Program-made: the position numbers and the translations under genes
Shown: piece by piece, positions 1 to 12,883 of the stretch
How the letters are laid out: each line of letters opens with the position of its first letter
Numbering within the stretch: the stretch's first letter is position 1
The notes under the pieces: generated by a model
Told to the model about the DNA's origin: nothing
The model's database searches: none
What the model saw: only the letters and a program-made list of their open reading frames with translations
Source of the DNA: Camelus dromedarius
Lineage: Eukaryota
NCBI RefSeq assembly: GCF_036321535.1
Contig: NC_087437.1
Location: 37,202,001 to 37,266,000 of the forward strand
Direction of reading: 5' to 3'
DNA: 64,000 bases

Positions 1-136
1 CTGGCACATTCCAAGGTCTTCTGGTAAACAAAGACACTCTTAGTAGGCAGGAGATTAAAAAGGCTTAAAAGTTACCTCCCAGGATCTGGTCAAGGATCCA
101 ACCTTTCTTTAAGTAAGGATAATCTTTTACTGCACA
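1..136. mobile_element. LTR terminal fragment, MER21-like (cut by window edge)
   Basis: AAAGACACTCTTAGTAGGCAGG...GTTACCTCCCAGGA...TTTTACTGCACA resembles the recalled MER21 end; terminates in CA. Confidence 0.6.
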
Positions 137-196
137 CCCAACCATTAACATTTTAAAATGTAATTGCTTCTCCCTTTCCTAGTGAAAGAGAGTCCT

Positions 197-568
197 GGGG
201 TACTGAATTGTGTCCCCTTCAAAATTCGTATGTTGAAGGCCTAATCCCAAATGTCACTGTATTTGGAGATAGAGGTAATTAGGATTAAATAAAGTAGAAA
301 GGGTGGGCCCTAATTCCATATGACTGATGTCATTATAAGAAGAGAAAGAGACACCAGAGATGAATGAAAAGGCCATGAGAAAAGGCCATGTCTGGATACA
401 GGAAGAAGGTGGACATCTTCAAGCCAAGGAAAGAAGCCTTAGGAGAAATTAACCCTGCTGGTAACTTTCCCTGAGCGTTCAGCACCCAGAACTTACAGAC
501 AAGAAGTGCCTGCTGTTTAACCACCCAGTCTGTGGTATTTTGTTATGGCAACTCTAGGAATCTAACTA
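197..568 (+). mobile_element. MaLR solo LTR, MLT1A-like
   Basis: CTGAATTGTGTCCCC...TATGTTGAAG...GTATTTGGAGATAG start and CCACCCAGTCTGTGGTATTTTGTTATGGCA end are typical MLT1A motifs; about 370 bp. Confidence 0.85.
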
Positions 569-3500
569 CCCAAACCCAAAAAAAACTCTGAAAGAAAAAA
601 TATGAAATATTGCTCATCTTTTTAGGAAATACAATTAAAGTAATCTATAACTCATATCAGAAAAAATAGGTGCAAGCATTATAGTTACATAAACATGCTA
701 AAATGAATACAATATTTCTACCTACTTACAGGTCAAGATTCACTATAGGAATCAATGCTACCTAGTCCCAGTACTGGTATATTTTAAAAGAATTCCTTTA
801 CTCTTTACCCATGTTTAAGTGAAGTAAACTTGGGTGCCATAAAATTGAAATACTCTTTATGGAAAAGGTCATTACATTTTTGTTATATTATATATACATA
901 TTTCATTTTTTTACATATGCTTTGATTTATTATAATAGCAACTATCATGTTTTCTTTTTTCTACTTTTTTAATTGCTAGCAAAACATTTAAATTTCTATA
1001 CTTGCATCCCTGAATTCTTACTGAGAAGTAGTCATGTTTTCTGCACAGAGTATAATATATGCCAATATTTTGCTTTAGGTTAGAATTTGATCTAAACCGC
1101 CAGGATTAGTGGTTTCTCTTTATTTAAGTGGCTCCATTTCCCTTACTTTGAAATTTTATAACATGATGAACCAAATTTGTTCTTGTTAGGTATAAAAATC
1201 ACCAAATTTTAATGATAACAGAAAATGTGAAAATTCTGACATAAAGTGTACACCTGTTCTGTAGGAGCTGTGGGCCTTTTAGATGCACTATCTCATTTTA
1301 ACTTCATGGCCAATTTTGTTCTCCGTGAATGTTACAATTGCAAAGCTATCAGGGTAAGGGAGGGAGTTCAACATAGAAATAAAAACAAATGGAATCACTT
1401 TTCAGGTGTGTGCTTTCAAAGTTGCTTTTCTTCTTAAAATATTCTAATAACTAATATTCTTTACTATATCCAAGAATTTCAAGCTGGTTGTTAGGTTCAA
1501 ATAAGCATAACTGTGAAATGTTTGTTACAACTCCCTTTTCCAATGTCAGTAAATCCTTTACTTGCAATGTTTTGCTTGTTGTTTCTTCCTCACTGTGTCT
1601 CATTTGCAAGAGATAATACTGAGATTTCAGGCAATACTGTGATGTTTTAACTGGCTGTGTGTCTTCTTTTTTTATGTGAATCAAATAGGAACTCTGTTCC
1701 TACACGTGCTGTCCTTTAATTAAACCAGCTGTAAACTAATCCCTGGATTCTATAAGGCATCTTGTCTATACATGCAGAATTAACTGAGCACAGCACGGGT
1801 GATGTCTTTATTCTAACTGTCTTAAAAATCCATGAGTGCTGCATCAAGGACAATTTGACAGCAGTGATTTGTATCCTTTGTGATGGCAGCTGCGATGAGG
1901 TAGGAACTGCATTTCTCCTCACATTTCAGAGGCAGCACAGGGGTGTCCTAGAGGCTTGGAAAAGTAAATGTACCTGTTTGGAAGCCTAAATTATATACTA
2001 AGTGAATTAAGAGAACGTTAAAAACACACTAAGGCCTGCATTATCAGATTGTGGTGTGGTAAAAAGGACCTGTAAACTGGGAATCAAGAGGAAAGGCCTC
2101 AGCCACAAGCTGCAATGCCGGGTGTCTGTGTGGCAAGGGCTGAGAGTGCCCTTGCCAGAACAAGTGAGGAAGCAGACTGGACAGCACATTTTAACCAGTC
2201 TTCAGGAAACTAGGTAGAGAAGGGGCACGCAGGCTGGGTGGGAATGATTTCTCCTCTTCTCCAGTTTACCTCTAGAATAAAAAGTACTCAGGACATGGAG
2301 GGCATGCAACAAATGTGCTGAATGAATGAAGGATTTCCAAAGCAAACTCATCTAAGATTCAAAGTATGCTTCTGTCGTTCATTACTGTATGACTTTGGAA
2401 AAAGTTCATAGCCTAGAAACATCAGTTTCCTCATCTACAACATTAGCCTCATAGAGATTAATTGCAAATTAACTGTCTAAATACAGAGATATAGATATGG
2501 ATATAGGTATGACGTAGAGATACACATTTGAGTGTAGGTAGGTAAATGGTATAAGTATTTAATATGTAATTCCTTTTATAATTGTATTATGCTTCTATGA
2601 TCCTTTAGACTAAATAAGATCATTAACCTTTACCCACGAATATAAAATTGAGCAGTTTTTCAACTCCTCATGACAAATATGCCTGTATCTTAAGACTATT
2701 TAATTTGTCATGGAACATAGAATTCTATGAATCACTTCATACTTAGTTTTTTTAGTCAAAAGTCAAATCTGTAATTTGATTTTCAGATTTAAGTTTCTCC
2801 AGATGCTAAGTCTTTATCTAAGCAGCTGAGGAAGGTTTTAGAGGATAAAAGATTCAGTGAAGAAAAAATACTAAAAGTCACTCATGAGAATTTTCCTTAA
2901 TGAATTCTAAGTTGCTAATCTTTCAAAATAGAGGAATTCCTGAGTTTTTAAAAATTCCCTTTTTGTGAAACCTCATTTTTCTTCTTTCTTAAAAAAAATA
3001 TATATATATATATACACATAATTCTTATTGTCTTCTGGAATGTTTATAATCTTTGAATGTATTTTTAGGTCAAAGATTAATAATCTTTGAATGAAATACA
3101 AAGTGTTATATTCATATAGCTAAGTTTTGTGCTAATAGTTATTCTTTAGGTATATGTTTGTATTCTAAATCTTCCAATTCTAAAATCTCTACTTACCTAG
3201 TTCAACCTTTGTTTTTTTTTTATAGATTATTGCAAACTTTCTTATGTAGACCTATAATCCAGCATAGTTCTCTTGCAGATTATCCAGAACACTGCCTCCT
3301 GGTCTTTTATTTCTATTTTTTTTTTATTTTTTATTTTTACTTCTAACCATATTATTAATACCCACCCCTAAAATGTTTTAGTGACTTTCTCAACAATATT
3401 CACACAAAAGCACATTAATTTTGCTATATAAAAAGTGCAGCCATGTAATAAAAGTATTTTCTTCAAAACAGTTTTATATTAAAATATTACATTGTTTTTA

Positions 3501-4989
3501 ATATTATGTTTCACTGGGGTAAAGATAATAATGTGAAGTAGGTAATTGAAAGGCCTTATAGTCAAATCACTAATGAGGTGAGACCTAATGCTGGTTACTA
3601 ACATTTAGGGACAAGGAAAAAGAAAACAAAAAAATTCACAGCTTTGGGCTTAGCTGATAATGCAAAAACGTATGTAGCAGTAAGAGTCATTTCTGTTTTT
3701 TTTTTTTTTTTTCAGTTAGCATAAACTTAGAATTCACTAGAAAAATAAAATAAAATTTAATTTCTACATTCTATTTGTAAAATACTTTTAAGTATACTTT
3801 AATGACTAAGCCTTTATGCAGCCTTATAAGTAGATGGGAACTTTATTATCCCCAATATTATTATCTACAATTACTTTTATCTGTGAAAGACTATTAACTA
3901 TCTTGCCTATGATGGAACAAGTGTGTGATCTGAGCTTGTCACAAAACGTGGGCTATGGGACTCCCAAAACCTTTGCTGTTTTTACTCTGACAGGTTATAT
4001 TTATTATTTAAATATATTTAAGTCCAAATTAGTGAACATATAATTTAATTGGTTACTTGGTTTAGACACACAAAAGACTGTCTTTTTATGGGAATATAAA
4101 AATAGGCAATTTCTTCCTGTTGTTCCTTTAATAATAGGACAGCATGGTACTTAGAACATAAATATTAATCAGCAACATTAACAATAACAGTAATGATGAT
4201 GATGATAAAAAGATTTCTATAACTTTTGTTTCTTATAAGTCATAAATATTTGATCTTTTATTAGCTATTAGTTTCATGCATGCATAATTGTTAAATATTT
4301 CTTTAAATACATTAATAGAGTATTGCAAAAACTATGCTGAGATAAAGTTTTAACTTTGTTGTTTTATTTACCTTTTTTTGCCAAAAAATTTCTGTCCAGT
4401 CTGAGCAGTAATTTTAGATAAGACTAAGTCCACCTTTTTTTTTTTTTTTCAGTTGTACAGATAATCAGGTACAGTATAAGATACTTTCAAAGCTTTAAGA
4501 GTTACATTCAAAAGGAAACATGTTTTCTCTAACTGGACCTGTGGGTAAAATTTTTGCCAATTTAAACTGATGGTTTCCCGATCGATATTCAGTGGCATCC
4601 ATTGTCAAATCTGTTTTGACAGATTATTAAAGAGAATTGAAAGACAAATAAATATAATAGCTTATAGCTCCTATTGTGGACTCTAATTAGTAAAAATTTC
4701 ACTTAGAGGGTAAGCAAGGTGCTGCATTCTGCTTTCTCACTGTTCTACAATTCTTTGATGACTATTTTCCATGAGATAAACACTGTAGACCCACTCATTT
4801 ATATCTTGACTTTTTAGGAAGGAAAAGAGAGAAAAACAATATTATTAGGATTACAAAACTCAGAGATAGAAATAATCATCTTTCTAACAATTATCAGATG
4901 AGGGATGGAGCAGTAAGTCAGAAACAGGCAGGGAGAAGAAATAGATGAAGAAATTGTGCAGTAGAAAGGAAACTGACTAGGTTCTCACC

Positions 4990-5128
4990 AAGAAAGAAAG
5001 AGAAGGAAAGAAAGAAAGAGAAAGAAAGGGAGGAAAGGAAAAGAAAGGGAAGGAAAAGAAAGGAAAAGGAAATAAAGGAAAGGAAAGAAAAGAAAAGAAA
5101 AGAAAAAGGAAAAGATAAGAAAAAGAAA
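4990..5128 (+). repeat. Purine-rich microsatellite (GAAA/GAAAA/GGAAA)n
   Basis: About 140 bp almost exclusively A/G on the + strand. Confidence 0.95.
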
Positions 5129-7203
5129 CCTAAGCCCTAGGCAGGCTACATGTATAATCTATTTATCTGCTAGAACTGGAACTAACTGAAAATCTCTGTA
5201 TGAGGGGTCAGTGTTTTAGATAATCTTTCCATTCAACTTAAAAACATTTATTATTACAGTTATCAAATTCTTGAGGAAGTATGAATCTGTTCTCTGTCTG
5301 ATCCCATCCATTCTATCCTTTTCACTTTTATTCTCTTTTCTGAGACTCCTGATGTGGTTCTGCTACTCCGCCAAGCCTTACTTCATTTTCCTTCTTTTAG
5401 ATTTTGAATTTTTCATGGTATATTTTATTGTTACTCATTTTTTTTTTGTCCACTATTAGCTTGATAGTTAAACACTGTCAGTGCTTACTTTGTTTTTTTT
5501 TTTTAGACTACAAAGTGTGTCTTTGTTTACCTTTCTGAAACCTTATTCTACCACTGCTGGTTGTTCTCAGTGAAAGGGCTAGTCTAAATTACTTTTCTGC
5601 CATTACCTGAAATGGAAATACCAATTGTATTTGATCATTTTATTGGGGAACCTTATAAAAAATATTTAGAAGTGTTTCCATAAGTCTGATTTTCATATGA
5701 AAAAAAGTCACCTATAAAACTCTCATAAAGTTAAAAAAATTTAAATGAAAGTCTCTAATCTGTGTAAAGGTCTTACAAAAGAAAAGTTCAGTTGATTTTG
5801 ATTTTCTCAAAAATATGGAAATGCTAATTATCTATTTAGTTTGTGAGATCAACTGATTCGAAGCAATGGACACAAAAATTTACTAGCTGGAATTCAATAA
5901 AATTTTTAAATAATTTATGGATCAGATTAAAAATTAAATATTATAACTTAAGATAGCCAACAATCAGATTCTTCCATCTAAAGGTATGCTTCTTTTGAAC
6001 CAACTTTTGCAGCTAAAGAAGTCCCAAATATTGAAATAAAATAACATCAACTCATGGTATTACAAAATGATGAAGCAAATTTTCAAAAATGTTAAAAGGT
6101 AATTTTCAGGAAAAGGTAAAATTATGATGCCTATACAGATATAAAAATGAGGAATTAATTTTACTCATATGATATCAAGAAACCAGGCAGTAATTATAAC
6201 AAGTTAAAAAGAAAAGTCAAAATAGCACATATTTATATGAAATAAAGAAATTTTGAATAAATTGCAAATGGAGACAAAACAGACTTCCCACCAGGACTGG
6301 GGGTGGGGGTGTGCACAGTTAAATTAATATCACAGGACACAGTTGCAAAGATAATGAATCTGATTAATCCATACTGAATACTATAGAAAATGTATAATTT
6401 TCTACTGAAAAGTAATTTTCTCCACAAAAGTAATTAAGTAATTGAAATCATAACACTCCATATAAGCACACACATAGATTCACAAGTCCTTTTTCTCTAA
6501 GTTTATGGTGGCCAAAACCCTAACCATGCTCCATTTTGATCTTGGGGAACAGATGTTCAGTTTCAGCCTTAAGGTGGTATTAATGGAATGTCACCAAGAA
6601 ATTCTAGGGTCAGAATTTTTTCAGATGAAATTCCAGAGTTTCTCAAAGTGTGGTAAATTCGCTGCATCAAGATTTTCTAGGGTACCAATAAAATGCAAAT
6701 TTCTGAGTCCTAGATTAGATCTACTGAGTCTGAATCTCTGACATTGACACCTGGGAGTTTATGTACACAAAATGGTTTGTAGGCAATTTGTAGGACCAAG
6801 AAAGTTTTGGGGCCTCAGTCTTAGAAAATTGGTCAGGCCTTTAAAGTGACTTGTTTTTGCCCTGAGCTTCATGTCTGTGTCATCAAATGTTGAACGTTTA
6901 GCATCTTTGAGGTAAATGTTGATGGTGACAACTTGCCTAATCATTTGAACACAAGTAGATGTAGCCTGGTTCACTTTAAAAAATCCTGTATCTCTTTTCC
7001 CTCTTTTAAAATTTGTTTTAATTTTATTTCCTTAAAAGTAATTATTATTCAATTTAATTTTGATCTGGTTTAAAGAAAAGTATTATTAAGCTTGTTCTTG
7101 TTGTGTTCTACTGAATTTTTAAAAATATATATATGTTTGGATCTTAATATATTACACCATCAAAATCCAACAGATCTCTGGAACACTTTAGCATTGCAAC
7201 ATA

Positions 7204-8366
7204 GAGTGGCCAAGACCGCAGAGCAGAAGACCCTCAGCTCCCCTCCTCTCACCAGCACACCAAAATCACATCCATCTGTAGAACCACCACTGATGAAAAA
7301 GACTAGCATCTACCAGAAAAGATCTTCCACAACTAGATCTAAAGAAGGAACCTTAAGGAGACCGCTAGGAGGGGTGGACTCGCAGTATAATCAAATCTGA
7401 ACGTCCTTGGGGTTGGCGACGCACAAACTGGAGAATAATTATATGGCAGAAGTTCTCCCACAGGAGTGAGAGAGTCCTGAGTCTCACATCAGGTTTCCTA
7501 ACCTTGGTTGGCGATCCGCCACATCACTTGGCTTTGAAGGCCAGTGGGGCTTAGTTGCAGGAGCCCCGCAGGACTGGAGGAAATAGGGACCTCACTCTTA
7601 AAGAGCCACACAAAATCTCAAGTGTGCCAGGACCCAGGGTAAAAGCAGTAATTTGATAGGAGTCTGGGCCAGATCTACCTGCTGGTCTTAGAGAGTCTCC
7701 TGGGAGGCGGGGGATTGGCTGCGGCTCACCTTGGGGACGTAGACCCTGGTGTCAGACATACTGGAGAACATTCAGCTGTGGTAGCACTGCTGAGGCTGGC
7801 GGCTGACATCTTGGTTCTTTAGCGCTAAAACCTGGCCCCACCCATTAACTCTTTGAGGAAGAGACGGTAGTGGCTGCAGCAGAGCCTCGTCCCGCCCACT
7901 CCTGCTCCTGATTCCCTCTATTTGCTCTGGCTGAGGAGCAAGTCGGTCAGGAAGCCCCGCAGCAGGCATGGCTTTTAAAGATACTGGAAAGACTCCCAAG
8001 GAGCCAGAGGCGGCGACTCACCGGATTAGAATCACCCTAATTAGCCGCAATTGGAAGTCTTTGGAGAAGGTATGTGCTGACTTTATCAGAAGCGCAAAGG
8101 AAAAGAATCTTGGTTTGCCTACCAAGTTTGGATGCTTACCAAGACTCTGAGAATAACTACAAGGAAAACTTGTGGTGAATGTTCTAAGATTTGGGATCGT
8201 TTTCAGATGAGGAACTGCAAGCAACTCATTGACTTGAGCAGTCCTTCTGAGATTGTGCTGGGACACCTCAGGTCGACCTGTATGGGCAAAGAGCCCCACC
8301 CATCAGCAGCAGAGAGGCTGCCTAAAGACTACAGAGCCCACAGTCATCACTAGACAGGCCCCTAGA
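7204..8366 (+). mobile_element. Isolated LINE-1 5'UTR (cetartiodactyl-type), split by an RPS20 retrocopy
   Basis: GC/CpG-richer island with CACACCAAAATCACA, TAGGAGGGG...TATAATCAAATC, CACAAACTGGAGAATAATTATAT, GGCTTTGAAGGCCAG and CCTGGCCCCACCCA; after the insert it resumes with GTGCTGGGACACCTCAGG...CCCCACCCATCAGCAG...GGCTGCCTAAAGAC; no ORF1/ORF2 follows. Confidence 0.7.
7849..8256 (+). pseudogene. RPS20: Processed pseudogene of 40S ribosomal protein S20 (uS10), 5'-complete and 3'-truncated
   Basis: ORF 7968 [48 protein letters not shown] and shifted frame 8132 [42 protein letters not shown] match RPS20; 5'UTR starts at CTCTTTGAGGAAG; intronless, frameshifted near 8110-8130, last ~21 codons absent. 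Confidence 0.97.
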
Positions 8367-8380
8367 ATTCCAGTACACTC

Positions 8381-8608
8381 CATGGGTCTCAGCTGCAGTC
8401 AGTTTTGCCTACCAGGGGATGTTTGGCAATATCTGGGGACAGTTTTGTTTGTCATACTAGGGCAGTGGGGGGCAAATGGATATGTGCTATTGGTATCTTG
8501 TGGGCAGAGGCCAAAGATGCTACTAAACATTCTACGGTGCAGAGAATGGCGCTGCACCAAAAAGACTTCTGTCCAAAATGTCTATTACGCCACTCTTGAG
8601 AAACCCTG
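8381..8608 (+). mobile_element. MER20 (hAT-Charlie MITE)
   Basis: TTTTGCC...CCAGGGGATGTTTGGCAATATCTGG...GCAGAGGCCAAAGATGCTACTAAACATTCTAC...TTGAGAAACCCTG. Confidence 0.88.
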
Positions 8609-8814
8609 ATTTAGTCGTAATATAATATTATAATGATACTAATAAAACTTACATCATAAGATTAGAGTTAGTGTATATACAAAACATAGTGTACAGAAAG
8701 GCATTCTGTAATGGTGCTTACAATCATTGGAAGCAAAAGACACCTACAGGGCTTTTATGCCCCACCCTGCCACGCCAAGGTCCTGGCTTAATAGATACGT
8801 ATCACAAGTAAGTG

Positions 8815-9120
8815 GAACTATTATTGTCATTTTTCTTGTGATAAAAGTGAGACTGAAAATGTTCTGTGACTTGACCACGTCACACTGCAATTACAGTTGA
8901 CTCTTGCCAACTCCAGGGTTAGGGGCGCGGCTGCCTTCATAGTGGAAAATTCACCTGTAACTTTATAGTCAGCCCCTATATAAGTGCATTCAACCAACTA
9001 TGGATATGTAGTACTACTGTAGTATTTATTGAAAAAATCTGCATGTAAGTGGACCCGTGCTGTTCAAACCCATGTTGTTCAAGGTTCAACTGTAAATGTT
9101 TGAGCCAAGACTGACTTTTC
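8815..9120 (-). mobile_element. MIR fragment interrupted by a Tigger MITE
   Basis: ACTATTATTGTCATTTTT...GTGACTTGACCACGTCACAC before the MITE and GAGCCAAGA after it. Confidence 0.5.
8894..9092. mobile_element. Tigger2-family MITE (TcMar), copy 1
   Basis: Terminal inverted repeats CAGTTGACTCTTG / CAAGGTTCAACTG, flanked by TA on both sides. Confidence 0.88.
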
Positions 9121-11961
9121 TGCTTGTATTTTTTAATCCAAAACAAAATGTTTATTCAACTGTTACAAATTTTACAATAGCCTAACGTAACTTATTCAGA
9201 TAATAATTAGCCCACTGTATAAAGTGATGGTATTAGAATTTTATTCTCATCAGAATTTATTTTATGTTGTTTCTCTAAATATTTTCAATGTTATAACTTA
9301 GATCATGAACTAAATTATACTCTTTAGGTTTTAACCATTAAGATAAATGCAAAATATTCTTTTCAGCTGTTTTGGTTTTTTGTTGTTTTTTGCTTTTAAG
9401 TGATGTAAATGAAACTGGCTATTTATATATCTATACATATAAAAATTCCTAGGTACAACATGTATATATACATATAAATATAGCTCATATATATCACACC
9501 CAAGTGAGTATAAAGTTACTTCCCACATTGTTTTCTGATTTTATGTCTTTGGTCTTTCACAGGAATATTACCCATATTTTTCTCTAACACATAAACTCAG
9601 TCTGTGAAAAGGCATGAGTCACTCTAAATACTTTTATTTGTTTAATTTAAAAGGGTTTTAAATTTTGAAATCTCAATGCATCTCACTTCAATGCCCAACA
9701 CTTTGTCTTATAAACAAAACAACTTGAATGATCACATTCTCAACAGATGCAGAGTGAAATTATAGTGAGACAGGTTACTCTAAATAAAGATTGTACTAAC
9801 CATCTCTTAAAAATATTCCTCACTTTGACATTCATAACTCTTATGAATGTGTTTGTGATACCAAAGAATTTAAAAACATAAGCCATTGCTAGACAAAAGA
9901 ATTCCACTTTAAAAAACACGTGGAATTATGACTATTTCTATAATTTTAAAAACATTGTTTTCAAAGCTCAAACTTCATGGTAAGGTGCAATCAAATTAAA
10001 TTATGGTAAGTTGTTTTAAAATGTAGAATTATAGTTCAACATTTAGTTTCTCTGGGCATTTAGTTTCTTATATTCACAACTTTGGAAAAAGGAATTAAGG
10101 GAGTAGGAAATATGTATATAAAAATCATAAATAATAAAGTTATTTTCCTTTAAAAAAGAAGCAAGTTTAATAAGACCACCTATTTTAATAAAAACTTTAA
10201 CAACTAAACTATTCTTCACAATTAAAATAAAATGATCAAACATTTCCTCTTAATTGAAAGTTAAAATCTGATATGCAGCATATATGCACAACTCTGAAAA
10301 ACAGAATACATCAGATTGAAGAAGAGTAGACCAAAAATAGATTATTCCTTGAAATCTGTAACTTTGAAACTTTGTAAGATTTTCAAAAATCATGCTAAAT
10401 GTTGCACATGCTGTTCTTTAACAGGTCTCCCTTGAAATAAAAACTATTTCAAACTTGTGAGAGTTACTTTTTTACATTTACAGAGAAGGTCATACTGGAA
10501 ACCTTCACAAAAATCTCAAGTCAATAAGCAAGTTTCTATGTATAATTCATTTTGTTCTCCTATAGTCCTTTGCTTTATCTAGGTGTTAAACATTTCAAAT
10601 GATGCTGTCTAAGCCATGACAAACTGAGTATTCAGAATTGGAAAAACAAGAACACTTGTGATCCAAGATTTGTAAGATAATAGGAAGGTCAACTATTAAG
10701 CAGTTCGCATCATCATCTCAGATACAGTCTCTAAAACAAAAGTCATTAGCTGGAGAAAATAAAGAAAACTTTAGGCTAAGGGCATGGTTCTGCATGAAAA
10801 CTACCATTTTTAAACCACTGCCAAAGAATATTCAGTTTTTTATATTTCATTAATTTAATATAACTCACACTGTGGAAAAAATTAAAAACTTAGAAATATA
10901 AAATTAATATACTAGCCTTGGAAGCCAGCTAAAGAGGCACAAACTCAGAAAAGTAGTAGTTTGAAAGTAAACTACTCTTGTGTCTGAAGGGTCTAATTGT
11001 CACTGGAAAGATTCTTTAAAAAAGAATTTAAAGTCTAATTTTCACAAGATGTTACTTTCTAGAACCCTAACAAATTCATTTTTCAGTAAAAACATTCAAG
11101 CAAAAATGTTTACTTCAATAATTTATTTTTAAAACATTCTTATCTAATAAATTGTTGACTAATCTGGGCAAGACACCTATGTAAGCCTTTGAACAAAAAT
11201 ATTTAAATTTAGATTTTCTGGGAACTGACTTACCAAGTTTCTAAAAGAATAAAGACTTCTAGAAACACTGACCTTGGGTATTGGGCCCCCTAAACTATAT
11301 TAGCAATACCAAAGGATAAATCATTTAGCACGTTGTCCCACTTTTTTCTAGATGTATTACTAAACAGCATATCATCTATGTTTACCTAGAGTAGCTGGCT
11401 AAAATATATTTGCCAAAATTTTTATATTATAATTTTCCTTTTACTACTAATTTACTTTAAGTCAATAGAAGATATTGGAAAGCCAGGAGTTGCCTGTTTT
11501 GACAAACTCATTTGTACTATAAAATGTAGTCAGTGTTCTCTAGGCAGGAAGTAAATTGTGGAACCTGAGGGAAGCAGTGCAGATTTTCAAAGTTAATGGC
11601 TAAATGATAAATCGTGTTTCAGTTTAATCACTTTTTTTACATAGTCATTGATTTTCTTTACCACCCTTGTCTAGTAAGCCACACTTGACAACCATTTTCC
11701 ATCACTAGCCAATCAGAATTCAAGGATAGGTCCAAAAGCAAGGAGAAAAATGTTTCCACCAAGTTCTGGTGTTCTCGATAAACTCGATTTCTTTTTCCTG
11801 AAAACCTTTTGGAGCAACTTCATGACCACTGATTTACCTATTACATCCTATTTTTCTTGTAGGATGTATTTTCCCTGATCATAGTTTTTAGTCTAGTGAG
11901 AAGTTATATAATTTGGCTTTTTTGTTTGTTTGTTTGTTTTTGTTTTATTTTTAATGGGTGC

Positions 11962-12027
11962 ATTTTTTATTGAAGTATAGTTGATTTACAATGTTGTGTT
12001 AATTTCTGATGTACAGCACAGTGATTC

Positions 12028-12073
<46 letters not shown>

Positions 12074-12105
12074 ATTCCTTTTCATATTCTTTTTCATTAT
12101 AGGCC
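11962..12105 (-). mobile_element. Short L1 3' end containing an (ATCT)n microsatellite
   Basis: TTTTTTATTGAAGTATAGTTGATTTACAATGTTGTG is an L1 3' terminus on the - strand; ATCT repeat at about 12028-12072; related to the L1 end at 50892. Confidence 0.85.
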
Positions 12106-12424
12106 ATTTTGCTTTTTATGTAGGCAAGATAAACATCAGTTATAAAGGAGACAATAAGGGGCTGTAAGCATAATGGGTATCAATTACTTGTTCAGCAGAT
12201 TCACTATGCAATGCATGCTGTTGGTGAAAACACATCATAACCTTAGTCCTTGTAGAGTTTATAATAAACCATGGAAAACAAATGGTTTATCTATAATGAT
12301 TACCTAAAAATAAATGCTAAATTATGTGGCACTCATTTTAAACACACATGGAGTCCCTGGAAACTACCTATTAATATTGGCTGGACTGGTATACTAAAAT
12401 ATTACAGCAAGATAGAAAACATTC

Positions 12425-12620
12425 AGAGAACAGCCTTGCAGACACAGTGCCTGGGCTGACATCCCAGCTCTGCCATGGACTACCTTGTGACCTTGGCCAA
12501 GTTTTTTAACCAGCCATGCCTTTGGGTTTTTCATCTATAAAATAGGAATAATATTGTACCTAGTTCTTGGGATGATTCTAAGGATTAAATGAAGTGATGT
12601 GTATAGAGAAATTAGCACAC
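12425..12620 (+). mobile_element. MIR SINE
   Basis: ATCCCAGCTCTGCCA...TGTGACCTTGGCCAAG...TTTCATCTATAAAATAGGAATAAT...AAGGATTAAATGA core. Confidence 0.85.
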
Positions 12621-12883
12621 AACAAAAATGCACCTTGTGTAACAGAACAATCATGCAAGTGATGAAAGTTTGGTAAGAAATGGCCAACCTTGTGCGATGA
12701 GTCAGTTTAGTGGACTTGAGTTTTAAGGGTGGTAAGTAATTCCTGGAGAGAGATGATTTTCTACCTCATGGATGGTGTTTCAAGTTTACCTTGTCAGAAA
12801 ACTGTCTGAAACTTGTAAATAAGGCCATAAAATGTGGGTGACATATCATACAGGGAAACAGGCCACCCAAAGATTATCCAAGG

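Noticed and set aside
7968..8353. Functional RPS20 gene
   Set aside because: Intronless, frameshifted, multiple substitutions, missing the C-terminal ~21 codons
7200..8360. CpG-island promoter of a host gene
   Set aside because: The GC/CpG enrichment is explained by the L1 5'UTR and RPS20 leader
8253..8609. 118-aa ORF
   Set aside because: Reads through L1 5'UTR into MER20; spurious
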